DNA of 11,977 bases from Octopus sinensis. Lineage: Eukaryota. Position 1 is the first letter of the stretch. Each line of letters starts with the position of its first letter. Shown one piece after another: positions 1 to 10,302 of the stretch. The position numbers and the translations under genes were made by a program. The notes below the pieces were generated by a model, which worked only from the letters and a program-made list of their open reading frames with translations, was not told the origin of the DNA and did not search any database. The stretch is from contig NW_021826553.1 in assembly GCF_006345805.1 (NCBI RefSeq), forward strand, positions 1-11,977, read 5' to 3'.

Positions 1-45
1 CATGTCTGTCGCATTAGTGGAAGATATTATTTGTGAAACATATGG

Positions 46-369
46 TTCTCTCTCTTTCCTCGCCGCTCTATCTTTCTTTTTTCTCTCTCTCTCTCTCTTT
101 CTCTCTCTCTGTTTCTATGCACACATATATTCATATATACATATAACATACGCACGTATATGTATATAGACAGACATATATATACGTATATTTATATATA
201 TATATATAATATATATGTATATATATATGTGTATATATATACATATATTTGCATATATATATGTATATATATAATATGTATATATATATAGACATATATA
301 TATATGTATATAATATAATAATATATATATATGTGGTGTGTGTTTAATATGTATATATATATATATATT

Positions 370-413
<44 letters not shown>

Positions 414-485
414 CATATATACATGTATATATATATATATATATTATATATATATATATATATATAATGTATGTATATATATATA
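46..485. repeat. (CT)n tract followed by imperfect (TA)n microsatellite
   Basis: Visible directly. It explains the IY-rich ORFs 192-416 and 331-516. Confidence 0.95.
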
Positions 486-486
486 C

Positions 487-978
487 AAAATAAGAAAATG
501 GAGAAATACACCTTAATTAATAATCAACTACCAGATAATACCCATTCACATAATTTATTAACCAACTACATATGAACATCAAGGTCAAACATAATAGTAC
601 AGAACAAAACAGTGCACATCAATGAGGAATATGATACAATAAATACAATATGTATAAATAAATATAAATAAATATAAATATAAATATAAACTATATCTTA
701 CAGCTGTTTCAGCCATGTAGATATGAGTATCTCATTATGCTCATATTAACCAGGTGTGATAAGTTGATTATTAATTAAGGTGTATTTCTCCATTTTCTTT
801 TTTTTATTATGAATTTGTGTGTAAAACATTTTACCTTTGCCCATATAAACAATAAATGAATTAATTGCTCGCAATTCTTAACATTTATGTATTAACTTGT
901 TGGGTGCTTTACTGGCAGTATATTGGATATATGTTATCCCATGGTGGGTTGCACTCACAACCCCTATCTCAATTGTTG
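487..978. mobile_element. Probable Penelope-like pseudo-LTR remnant with an inverted segment, inserted in (TA)n
   Basis: Perfect 38-bp inverted repeat at 492-529 / 762-799. The 3' half of a hammerhead lies on the minus strand at 699-714 (GGCT-GAAAC-AGCT-GTA). TA tracts flank both sides. Confidence 0.55.
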
Positions 979-1025
979 TATATATATATATATATTATAT
1001 AATATTATATATATATATATATATA

Positions 1026-1597
1026 CTCAGCAAAGAGGGTGAGAAAATTGGATACTAATTTAATAGTACATCCATTTAACAGCAAGTGGCTTAGTGCATA
1101 AAAAACCCGGAATACGATAAATTTTATACAAAGAATTGTTTCCGATGAAATTTAGCACGACTACTAACGCAAACGAACAGGGCAAATAAAAATAACAAAA
1201 ATGTAGATTAGTTCAGGACAATTGTTTCGCTATTAATAAATTATGTAATTTTACTCACACAACATATCTGTAGCTCTTCAGCCGAACCCGTCCAGAGTAC
1301 AATTTACTCAACCGCACGCTAGATTTTGCCATAACGACAAACACACGTGCGGTTCAGTCGATTGCACTCGCTGTTATAATTCAAGTGCCCTTGCCACATC
1401 CCGCCAAAATTCACTGAAACAGATACTACATCCAAAATTAAATGTAGTATAATTACAATCAACAAATAAGGGTGAGAAAATTGGATACTAATTTGATAGT
1501 ACATCCATTTAACACCAAGTGGCTTAGTGCATAAAAACCCGGAAACCTAGCGGATCTATTTTTAGTGCTAGAGTCGACCACATAGTGGTTACTCTCT
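1026..1597 (-). mobile_element. Non-coding PLE pLTR / retrozyme-like element with direct repeats
   Basis: Near-identical ~76-bp direct repeats at 1036-1112 and 1469-1544 (period 433), an internal hammerhead, and (TA)n flanks. Confidence 0.7.
1204..1294 (-). ncRNA. Type I hammerhead ribozyme
   Basis: Minus strand reads TGGA-CG-GGTTCGG CTGAAGA GCTA-(38 nt)-TAGC GAAAC AATT GTC^ CTGAACT-AA-TCTA. It has the full CUGANGA/GAAA core, a GUC triplet, stems I and II, and a palindromic stem III (ACAATTGT). Confidence 0.85.
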
Positions 1598-1599
1598 TA

Positions 1600-1630
<31 letters not shown>

Positions 1631-1631
<1 letters not shown>

Positions 1632-1981
1632 GGTTCTCCTATTGCCTTGCCACTCTTGTCCGACCAGTTCTTGATATTCCATCTATTGCATTCTTTGCCT
1701 GTCTCTTGATCCTCGACTCTTCTTTCCGTCATAATGTTTTCCATACCTCTTTTTCTTTGAATATGGCCATAAAACAGATAAACTTTTGCTTCTTTTGACA
1801 ATGTTCAGGAGTTGTCATCTTTCCTCTGCTTGTAACACCCATTCATTTGCCCAAAAACCCTTGTAAGAGGCTTGTAATATTCACTTATACACCCACATTT
1901 TAAATGTGTTGGTTATGTTTTCTTCAAATTTGTTCAGAGTCCATACTGGTCGGACAAGAGTGGCAAGGCAAAAGGAGAACC

Positions 1982-1982
<1 letters not shown>
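1631..1982 (-). mobile_element. RTE-clade LINE 3' coding fragment bounded by 38-bp terminal inverted repeats
   Basis: Minus-strand translation with frameshifts gives FYGHIQRKRGMENIMTERRVE..RQRMQ*M..NIKNWS, resembling the RTE ORF C-terminus (YFGHIxR..G..RGRQRxRWxDNIKxW). Inverted repeats at 1631-1668 / 1945-1982 have 1 mismatch. Confidence 0.65.
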
Positions 1983-2042
<60 letters not shown>

Positions 2043-2140
2043 CATACCATATATATATATATACCTATATATATATTATATATATATATATATATATAAT
2101 ATATAATATATATATATATATATATAATATATATATATAT
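1983..2140. repeat. (TA)n microsatellite
   Basis: Visible directly. Confidence 0.95.
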
Positions 2141-2462
2141 ATGGCTCAGTGGTTAGAGCGTCGAGCTTACGATCGTGAGGTTGTGAGCTCGAAACCCGGA
2201 CCGGGCTGCGTGTTGTGTTCTCGAGCAAGGCACTTTATTTCACGTTGCTCCAATTCACTCAGCTGTAGAAATGAGTTGCGACGTCACTGGTGCCAAGCTG
2301 TATCGACCTTTGTCTTTCCTTGGATAACACTGGTGGCGTGGAGAGGGGAGGCTGGTATGCATGGGCGACTGCTGGCCTTCCATAAACAACCTTGCCGGAC
2401 TTGTATCTAGGAAGGTAACTTTCTAGGTGCAATCCCATGGTCATTCATGACCGAAGGGGGTC

Positions 2463-2464
<2 letters not shown>
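2141..2464 (+). mobile_element. tRNA-derived SINE, family A (CORE-like central domain)
   Basis: A-box TGGCTCAGTGG, B-box-like GCTCGAAACCC, CORE-like GTGTTCTCGAGCAAGGCACTT. A near-identical second copy lies at 8710-8975. Confidence 0.85.
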
Positions 2465-2508
<44 letters not shown>

Positions 2509-2601
2509 ATCCAAACAAGAAAGCACAAAAAATACAACAACGCGAGGACGTGGAACAAATATAGTATTATTGGAGGCTCAGGAAAGAAGGTAAGAAAGAG
2601 G

Positions 2602-2636
2602 GTTTAACGTTTCGAGCGGAGCTCTTCGTCGGAAAC
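2602..2636 (-). ncRNA. Minimal PLE-type hammerhead-like motif (core variant CCGACGA)
   Basis: Minus strand reads GTTT CCGACGA A GAGC-TCC-GCTC GAAAC GTT^ AAAC. Stem I is GTTT/AAAC, stem II is GAGC/GCTC, and the palindrome AACGTT replaces stem III. Confidence 0.6.
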
Positions 2637-3039
2637 ATAGGAGAATGAAAGATCCAGAGAAGGGAAGACAGAGGAAGAAAATCGCCAACGGCACACACGA
2701 GGTCGGCCAAGCGAGCACTTGCACCGACCTTGTTTGTAACTTAGTTTGAACACTTTCGCTGCTCCAGATGTTACTAAGCAGTTCTATGGGCGTCCTTGTC
2801 ATGGCTAACCGCGTCCTAGGCATGAAAGACGGCATTTCTGAATGCTGTAGGAAATTATGACTCACCGAAGAACTCTAGGACAAAAACAATGACGAGTCGA
2901 TAGTAATGAACGGCAGTAGGTACACCTCACCAAGAGGTATGAACAAGACCTTTGAATATATTTCTGTGAATATTTTTTGAATTACTCATATCAACAAACA
3001 CATAAGCAAAAGCACGAAGCATACTTCAGCGAGAATGAA

Positions 3040-3970
3040 TGAGACGACTTAAATAAATTATGAGATGACGAAGAAATAGCAATAAGAGAGGCTGATAAAC
3101 GAATCTGTTCAAACATCCCACACGATGTAGGAATTGAGGCCGTTAAATTCTGGTTGGATAATTATATTAGAGAAACCTACCACGCCCGTAACACATAAAA
3201 AAAAAAGAATTAAAATAGAAATAGAATTTCTTCTAGATAATAATTATTTTATGTTTAATGACAACTTTTTTCGACAGAAATCTGATACTGCAATGGGGAC
3301 GAAAACAGCCCCCTCATTTGGGAATCTAGTTATGAGCTGCTTAGGGATCACGCTATACCAAATAAGACTAGGAGAAAATATGGAAGCGCTTCTCAATATA
3401 CATGCAAAGAAAACTGGAAAAAGTACCTCGAGGATTGTTTCATTCTATGGAATGAAAGCACAGAGAAACTGAAAGGGAGGATTTGAAACGATTCTCAATG
3501 AAATTAATGAAAATATTCAATTCACCACGGAATAAAGCCAAAAGGCGGCGAGCTGGCAGAAACGTTAGCACGTCGGGCGAAAATGCTCAGCGGTATTTCG
3601 TCTGCTGTTATATTCTGAGTTCAAATTCCGCCGAGGTCGACTTTGCCTTTCATCCTTTCGGGGTCGATAAATTAAGTACCAGTTACGCACTGGGGTCGAT
3701 GTAATCGACTTAATCCGTTTGTCTGTCCTTGTTTGTCCCCTCTGTGTTTAGCCCCTTGTGGGTAGTAAAGAAATAGGAATAAAACCAACAGCAAATCCCA
3801 GTTTCAGCCATCATTATAAAGAAAGTTATAACCAAATACAGACGTACGTTTATTATTAACGTACGAACTCCAAACAATATCGTTCGTTCAATTCACGCTG
3901 TCCGAAATATACCAAAAGATATGTCCCTGATAACACTTATAGCTTAGCCAAAAGGATTTGTACAATAGTA
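3040..3970 (+). pseudogene. Penelope-like reverse transcriptase, decayed and interrupted by a SINE
   Basis: Motifs appear in the expected order across frameshifts: IREADK (3082-3099), SNIPHDVGIEAVKFWL (~3109), NNYFMFNDNFFRQKSDTAMGTKTAPSFGNLVM, WKKYLEDCFILW (YxDD equivalent, 3424-3435), IQFTTE, then after the SINE TNSKQY.SFNSRCPKYTKR..YSLAKRICTIV. Confidence 0.9.
3542..3775 (+). mobile_element. tRNA-derived SINE, family B (Nin/Deu-like domain), full length with TSD
   Basis: Head GGCGGCGAGCTGGCAGAAACG, B-box GAGTTCAAATTCC, and GCCTTTCATCCTTTCGGGGTCGATAAATTAAGTACC. TSD is GGAATAAAGCCAA (3529-3541) / GGAATAAAACCAA (3776-3788). Confidence 0.9.
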
Positions 3971-5816
3971 GAGGAAACCGGGGCAAGTTGACACATTTTC
4001 TCTAGAGAAAATGCGAAACTACTTTCGGATGATTTAATGACATCATAGTAGTGTTGTTAGTATAAGCTTCCCCCTCATTTGATTTCGTCGCCGTTGTGAG
4101 AGTTTGATAATTAGTTATTTTGGATATTGTTTAAGACTGCATTATGTGTATTAAACCTTAAGGAGTTAGTAAAATATCTCTCACGACCCTATACAAATGG
4201 ATCCTTGAGAAACCCTAGTGGTTTTCTCTCAGTGTTTACATTTACGAGGGAAACGGGGTCGGGGCAAGTTGACACATGGAAACAGGGGCACGTTGACAGA
4301 GGGTATCAACTTGCCCCGGCCTGTGATAAAGTTGTTGTAGGTTTCTTACACTGATTCACAGACTGTATCTATTCCCATTTTAACTAAGTGTGTTTGCTAT
4401 TTGATTCATGCCTGGTACAATGGAACAATTCATTGAGTAATTTATGCATTGCTTGCTATAGTTTTCGACCAGCTATCTTTATCTATGCCAACCTATTCTA
4501 TCTTCATACCGCTACCTACTTAGTCAACAGCTTGTACACTGCCTCAGCTTTGTAACCTGTACCACTGATATATAAGCATGAAGTTATGCCGTGATCAGGC
4601 TAACTAAAAAGTAGGTAATCACTCAGAGCTTCGTTTTGCTTTCACTGTTGGATTATGCAATGAGCTAAATTGCTTTTTTTTTCTCCCCCTCTCTCTCTCT
4701 TTACAGACCTAGATCTAACATTGTCATTGTCACTACAAACGCAAGAGCGAGAGGGCAACCCTTCCACAGGATGTAATCCAACAGGCTATTCAACAGGTCC
4801 GATCTCGTGTCATCTCCTTGCGAGAAGCTTCGAGAACATTTGGCATCCCTTTAAAATTTCTGTTTCGCTACTGCACCAAGGCCGCTGAAGCAAACAACAA
4901 CGATCACAGTCTTAGTGGATACAAAAAGCCACGGCAAGTTCTCACCGACGAGTTCGAGAATCAGTTAGAGGCTTATGTTTTGGCTGCCGCAGAAATTTAC
5001 TATGGGCTTGCTCCAAAGGATGCGCAGAAATTGGCTTTTCAGATGGCAAAGGCACATGAATGTAATATCCCTCCAGCCTGGCATGAGACAGAAATGGTAG
5101 GTGAAGACTGGTTCTCTGGATATCTTCAACGACACAAGAATTTATCCATAAGAAGTCCACAGGCAACGAGCTTGGCACGAGCAACAAGTTTCAACAAGAC
5201 AAATGTTGCTGTTTTTCAACCAACTTGCTGAGGTGATGCTTCGGTATAAATTTGATCCATTCAATATCTACAAGATGGATGAGACTGGCATAACAACTGT
5301 GCAACACCCCGACAGAATTATTGCCAGAAAAGGAACAAAGCAAGTGGGAAAAATGACAAGTGCGGAGAGGGGAACTCTGGTTACATTAGCATGATGTGTA
5401 AATGCTATTGGAAACAGCATACCACCGTTTTTTTGTTTTTCTCCGGAAGAACTTTAGTCCACATTTCCTGAGCAGTGGACCATCAGGCAGCGATGGAGGT
5501 GCTAATCCATCTGGTTGGATGTGTGAGGGGCAGTTTCTGAAATCCATTCAACACTTTCTGAGGAATGTGAAATGTTCAAAGCAGTCACCGTACCTTCTCT
5601 TGCTGGACAATCATGATTCCCACCTTAGTATCGAGGGGCTGACGTATGCATCAGACAATGACATCACCATGCTTTCTTTCCCACCTCACTGCACACACAG
5701 GTTACAGCCGTTGGACTGGACAAAGCGGTCTATAGACCACTGAAGAAGTACACAAACACTGCCATTGATGACTGGCATATCAACCATCTTGGCCAGACCA
5801 TGACCATTTATGACAT
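3971..5816 (+). mobile_element. pogo-superfamily DNA transposon, 3' truncated
   Basis: Begins after TA (3969-3970) with GAGGAAACCGGGGCAAGTTGACACA. The motif recurs at 4261-4276, 4278-4298 and inverted at 4306-4319. A transposase follows; no right TIR is seen. Confidence 0.8.
4731..5816 (+). pseudogene. DD35D pogo-type transposase (N-terminal HTH domains plus DDE_1), frameshifted
   Basis: HYKRKSER..SLREASRTFGIP (HTH), GEDWFSGYLQRHKNLSIRSPQATSLARA, MDETG, LLLLDNHDSH and FPPHCTHRLQPLD, with 35 residues between the second and third D. Lesions: frameshifts near 5210 and 5430, stop at 5392-5394, and a TGGAC duplication near 5712-5721. Confidence 0.92.
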
Positions 5817-6008
5817 TTAGCCCCTTGTGGGTAGTAAAGAAATAGAAATAGGTATTTACGTTCTGAGTTCAAATTTCGCTGAGGTCGACTTTGTCTTACG
5901 TCCTTTTGGGATCGATAAATTAAGTACCAGTTGCGTACCGGGGTCGATCTAATCGATTGGCCCCTTCCCCCAAAATATCGGGCCTTCTGCTTAGAGTAGG
6001 AAAGAATG
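5816..6008 (+). mobile_element. Family B SINE fragments (3' tail followed by a 5'-truncated copy)
   Basis: TTTAGCCCCTTGTGGGTAGTAAAGAAATAG matches 3747-3776. It is followed by a B-box and the Nin-like domain. Confidence 0.85.
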
Positions 6009-6009
6009 T

Positions 6010-7310
6010 TGATCCTGGTAAGATTTAAACTCAAAACGTAAAAATGGATGTAACTCAATACCGTAATGCAGTTTGTCCGCTGCTCTTTTGATTCTGCCGA
6101 TCGACCACTAACTTAATAAGACTGGCCTCGTTTTAATCAGTAAGAGTAACTGTTTCTAGTTTGAGCACAAGGCCCACAATTTTTGAGGAAAGGTGCCTAA
6201 GTCGATTACTTCGATCCCAGTACTTGACAGGTGGTTATCGAGGATGAAAAGCAAAGGTGACCACGGCGCAATTTGGGCTCAGAATCTAAAGAGCGGGAAG
6301 AAATAACGCTCGCTGCCTTAGGCACAAGGCCAGTAATTTTCGGACAAAGGTCAGTCGATTATATTGACTGCAGTACTAGACTGGTACTTCTTTTATTGAA
6401 CATGGACGGGTGAAAGAGTAAGTCTACATCGATAAGATTCGAACACAGAACCAGAAAAATTACCGCTAAATATTTCTTATCACCCACTAATGATCTCCCA
6501 GCTCATTTTCTAATTTAGGTTCACCGCTAGCAATTTCGAGGGGAGGGGGAATTAGTCAATGTCGTTAGGCCAAGCACTTGACTGGTTCTTCATTTTATCA
6601 ACCCCAGGAGGATGTATAATAGAGTTGCCTCGGCGAGATTTGAACTCAGAATATAAAGAGCCGAAACACCTATAATAAAGAATTTTCCCCGACGCTTTAA
6701 CCTTCTGTATTATAGACATAAAACCTGAAATTTACTAGTGGTGGTATGGGAGAGGGGTGGTCGATTACATCGATCCCCCTGTGAAAAAGTGGTACTTATT
6801 TCACCGACCCCTAAAGGCTGAAAAGGTACAGCCGACTTTGGCGGAATTTGAACTCTGAACGTAAAACACACGAAATGCACTTTACCCGGTTTGCTAACGA
6901 TTCAGCCAGATGCCGACTTCATAATAGTTTCAAAATTTTGGTATATGACCAGCAATGTTGGGAGAGGGCTTAACCCAATTATTGACACCAGAGTGCAACT
7001 GGTACTTATTTAATCGACCCTAGAGGGATGAAAGGCAAAGCTGGCTCCGACAGAATTTGAACTCGTTACGTAATGAGTCGGAAGAAATATCGCTAGGCAT
7101 TTTGTTCGACGCTCTGATAATTCTGAGAGCTCAACGCTCTAATAAGGGTCTCTAATTTAGGCACAAAGTTAGTAATTGCGAGAGGAGGATCTAATCCTTA
7201 TCATCGACCCCCAGAAATTGATTGGAACTTTAGTTTATCAGCCGCGTACGAATGAAAGGCAAAGTTGGCTGGATTTGAACTCAGAACGAAAAAGAACCGG
7301 AAGAAATAGA
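6010..7310 (-). repeat. Head-to-tail array of about 7 diverged family B SINE copies (~200 bp each)
   Basis: The reverse B-box ATTTGAACTCAGAA recurs near 6023, 6271, 6437, 6638, 6846, 7055 and 7273. CTGGTACTT-like anchors lie near 6381, 6581, 6789, 6998 and 7221. Confidence 0.85.
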
Positions 7311-7752
7311 GAAATATAAATAGGAAGGGATTCAATAACACAGAGGAAAATATATGAAGGAACTGAACCACTATCGGCAAATTTGAGCTCTTCTCCCTTC
7401 TTCCTTTCCGCCTTTAAAATAATTGCAGTAAATTTTAGAAACCATCATGACTGTGCATTTTTATTCAAGGGAAAACATTCTCATCGTCTTAAGTTTTAGA
7501 GTTCTAAAAGTAATCTCCCTTGGAAAAGTTAACCGCAAAATAGTACTTAATTGTGAGTTACCTCCCTTGAAGCATATTTATTAACAAAATTGTATTGTGT
7601 GCATCTTTGTACCTAGCTAACTTTCCGACCTTTTCTCTGTCTGATTCGCTGTCTCTTTGGTTATTTCTCTGTAATGCATATTATATATAATGCCAACATA
7701 CGAGGCCCTCGCCCATTTGGTCACTCTAATTTCTGCTGATTATTAATAAAAG

Positions 7753-7754
<2 letters not shown>

Positions 7755-7784
<30 letters not shown>

Positions 7785-8393
7785 CTTATTTTTATATATT
7801 TATCTTATATTAAACTTTTTAATACTATTTGATAGTTATACATATTTAATAAAAAATAAATAAATAAATAAAAAAAATATTATAAAAAAAATAAATAAAT
7901 AAATACAAAATAAGTATATATTAGATTTATAAGTATAAATTAATAATTTTAATTTTTTTAAACTTTAAGATTTAAATAATTTAAATTTTAAAATTTTATA
8001 TATTTGGTATATTATATTAATTAATTTGATTTCTATGTTTTGGTTTTCTGTTTCTCACTGTTTGATTTTGCCTAATAGTGGTTTTATCTCTAATTTAATT
8101 TATATTTATATATATAATATATATACTCAAAGCATGTTATCATATATACACTCAGGCTTTGAGTTCTATTTTCCTGTTTGGTTCACCATACCTGTATATA
8201 TCGTATATATGGTGCGTGTGTGTGTAGTATATATATATGTTATATATATATATATGTATATATACATATATATATACATATATATATACATATATATACA
8301 TATATATATACATATATATACATATATATATATATATATATTATATATAATACATATATATACATATTATAGATACCATATATACATTATAGA

Positions 8394-8445
<52 letters not shown>

Positions 8446-8470
8446 CCTACATATATATATATATATACAT

Positions 8471-8523
<53 letters not shown>

Positions 8524-8628
8524 ACATATACTATATATATATGCATACATATAGAAATATATATATACACATATATATATATGTGTGTATAATATATATA
8601 TATAATTGTATATAATATATATATATGG

Positions 8629-8707
<79 letters not shown>

Positions 8708-8709
8708 TA
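7755..8709. repeat. AT-rich low-complexity sequence and long imperfect (TA)n/(TACA)n microsatellite
   Basis: Visible directly. It is the source of the spurious ORFs between 8026 and 8732. Confidence 0.9.
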
Positions 8710-8975
8710 TGTTGTGTTCTTGAGCAAGGCACTTTATTTCACGTTGCTCCAGTTCACTCAGCTGTAGAAATGAGTTGCGACGTCACTGGTGCCAAGCTGT
8801 ATCGACCTTTGTCTTTCCCTTGGATAACACTGGTGGCGTGGAGAGTGGGAGGCTGGTATACATGGGCGACTGCTGGTCTTCCATAAACAACCTTGCCCGG
8901 ACTTGTGTTCTAGGAGGGTAACTTTCTAGGTGCAATCCCATGGTCATTCATGACCGAAGGGCGTCTTTACCCTTT
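8710..8975 (+). mobile_element. Family A SINE, 5'-truncated copy
   Basis: Aligns by eye to 2211-2464 with few differences and lacks the tRNA head. Confidence 0.9.
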
Positions 8976-9016
<41 letters not shown>

Positions 9017-9237
9017 GGAGGCGCAATAACCCAGTGGTTAGGGCAGCAGACTCGCGGAAGAGGATTGCGCGGTTTCGACTCCCAAACCAGGCGTTGTGTG
9101 TTTATTGAGTAAAACACCTAAAGTCCCACCAGGCTCTGACGGGGGGGGGGGCACTCCTATTGTACTCTTTCGTCCCAACTTTCTCTCACTCTCTCTTCCT
9201 GTTTCTTGAGTAATGCTGCGATGGACTGGCGTCCTGC
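9017..9237 (+). mobile_element. tRNA-derived SINE, family C, 3' truncated
   Basis: Head GGAGGCGCAATAACCCAGTGGTTAGGGCAG..GGTTTCGACTCCC. It ends in GCTGCGATGGACTGGCGTCCTG, a motif I recall from other metazoan SINEs. Confidence 0.65.
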
Positions 9238-9390
9238 AATTCGCATCAGTTCACGCAGATAGCCACGCTCTTCATCGACGGACGAGCCGAGTGATCCCCT
9301 GTCTAGGGTTTCGGTATTTGCTACTACACACTACACGTACTGAAGGAAAGCAGCGGTGCGAGGCCGCCACGCGACGGAAAAATAAAGTTA

Positions 9391-9925
9391 TATCAAAATC
9401 AAAATCAAATCAAATCAAATCAAAATAGATGAACATCAATGGAATTTGTATCTTTATGGTACCAGTGCCGGTGGCATACAAGAAAACCATCCGAACGTGG
9501 CCGTAGCCAGTACCGCATCGACTGGCCTCCGTGCTGTGGGCACGTAACAAACACCATCCGATCGTGGCCGTTCGCCAGCCTCACCTGGCACCTGTGTCGG
9601 TGGCACATAAAAACACCATCCGAGCGTGGCCGTCTGCCAGCCTCGTCTGGCACTGTGTCGGTGGCACATAAAAAAAAACACCATCCGAGCGTGGCCGTTC
9701 GCCAGCCTCATCTGGCACCTGTGTCGGTGGCACATAAAATCACCCACTACACTCTCGGAGTGGTTGGCGTTAGGAAGGGCATCCAGCTGTAGAAAAACAC
9801 TGCCAGATCTGACTGGCCTGGTGCAGCCTTCGGGGCTCCTTAGACCCCAGTTGAACCGTCCAACCCATGCTAGCATGGAAAGCGGACGTTAAATGATGAT
9901 GATGATGATGATGATGATGAATGAT
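9391..9925 (+). mobile_element. Non-autonomous retroposon with (AAATC)n, internal ~61-bp tandem repeats, RTE-like 3' end and (GAT)n tail
   Basis: About 4.3 copies of GGTGGCACATAAAAACACCATCCGAGCGTGGCCGTTCGCCAGCCTCATCTGGCACCTGTGTC (9469-9745), then GTTGGCGTTAGGAAGGGCATCCAGC..GGACGTTAAA(TGA)n. Confidence 0.75.
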
Positions 9926-10184
9926 TATATATATATATATATTATATATATATATAATATACATATATATATATACTATATATATATGCATATATATATA
10001 TGCATATATATATATATATATATATGCATATATATATATGCATGCATATATATAATATATATATAATAATACCATACATACATACATATACATATATATA
10101 TATATTATATAATATATATCTATACGCATATATATATAATATATCTATATATATATATAAGCATATATATATACTATATATATA
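9926..10184. repeat. (TA)n microsatellite
   Basis: Visible directly. Confidence 0.95.
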
Positions 10185-10302
10185 TTGTTGTATTTCGGAA
10201 TGGTCATTTTGCCAGTTTAGCCAATAGAAACACATGCACTTATATTTGGTGTTATTTGCTTCAGTGTTATTTATTTTTTACATTATCTTAATCTTATTTC
10301 AG

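Noticed and set aside
2141-2205. Possible tRNA gene (also at 3544 and 9017)
   Set aside because: No convincing acceptor stem, and each runs into a SINE body.
7509-7569. Twice-repeated AGT(A/T)A(T/C)CTCCCTTG motif
   Set aside because: Only two short copies, so no function can be supported.
8125-8164. 9-bp hairpin ACTCAAAGC/GCTTTGAGT
   Set aside because: Isolated, with no ribozyme core or other support.
9238-9390. GC-rich segment with GTTTCG and CTTCATCG, checked as a hammerhead
   Set aside because: The boxes are in the wrong order and lack stems. Origin unassigned.
9213-9892. Overlapping ORFs on both strands
   Set aside because: They arise from GC-rich tandem repeats and show no recognisable domain.
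192-10235. Many I/Y-rich ORFs (192-516, 1904-2410, 8026-8732, 9770-10235)
   Set aside because: They are translations of (TA)n microsatellites.
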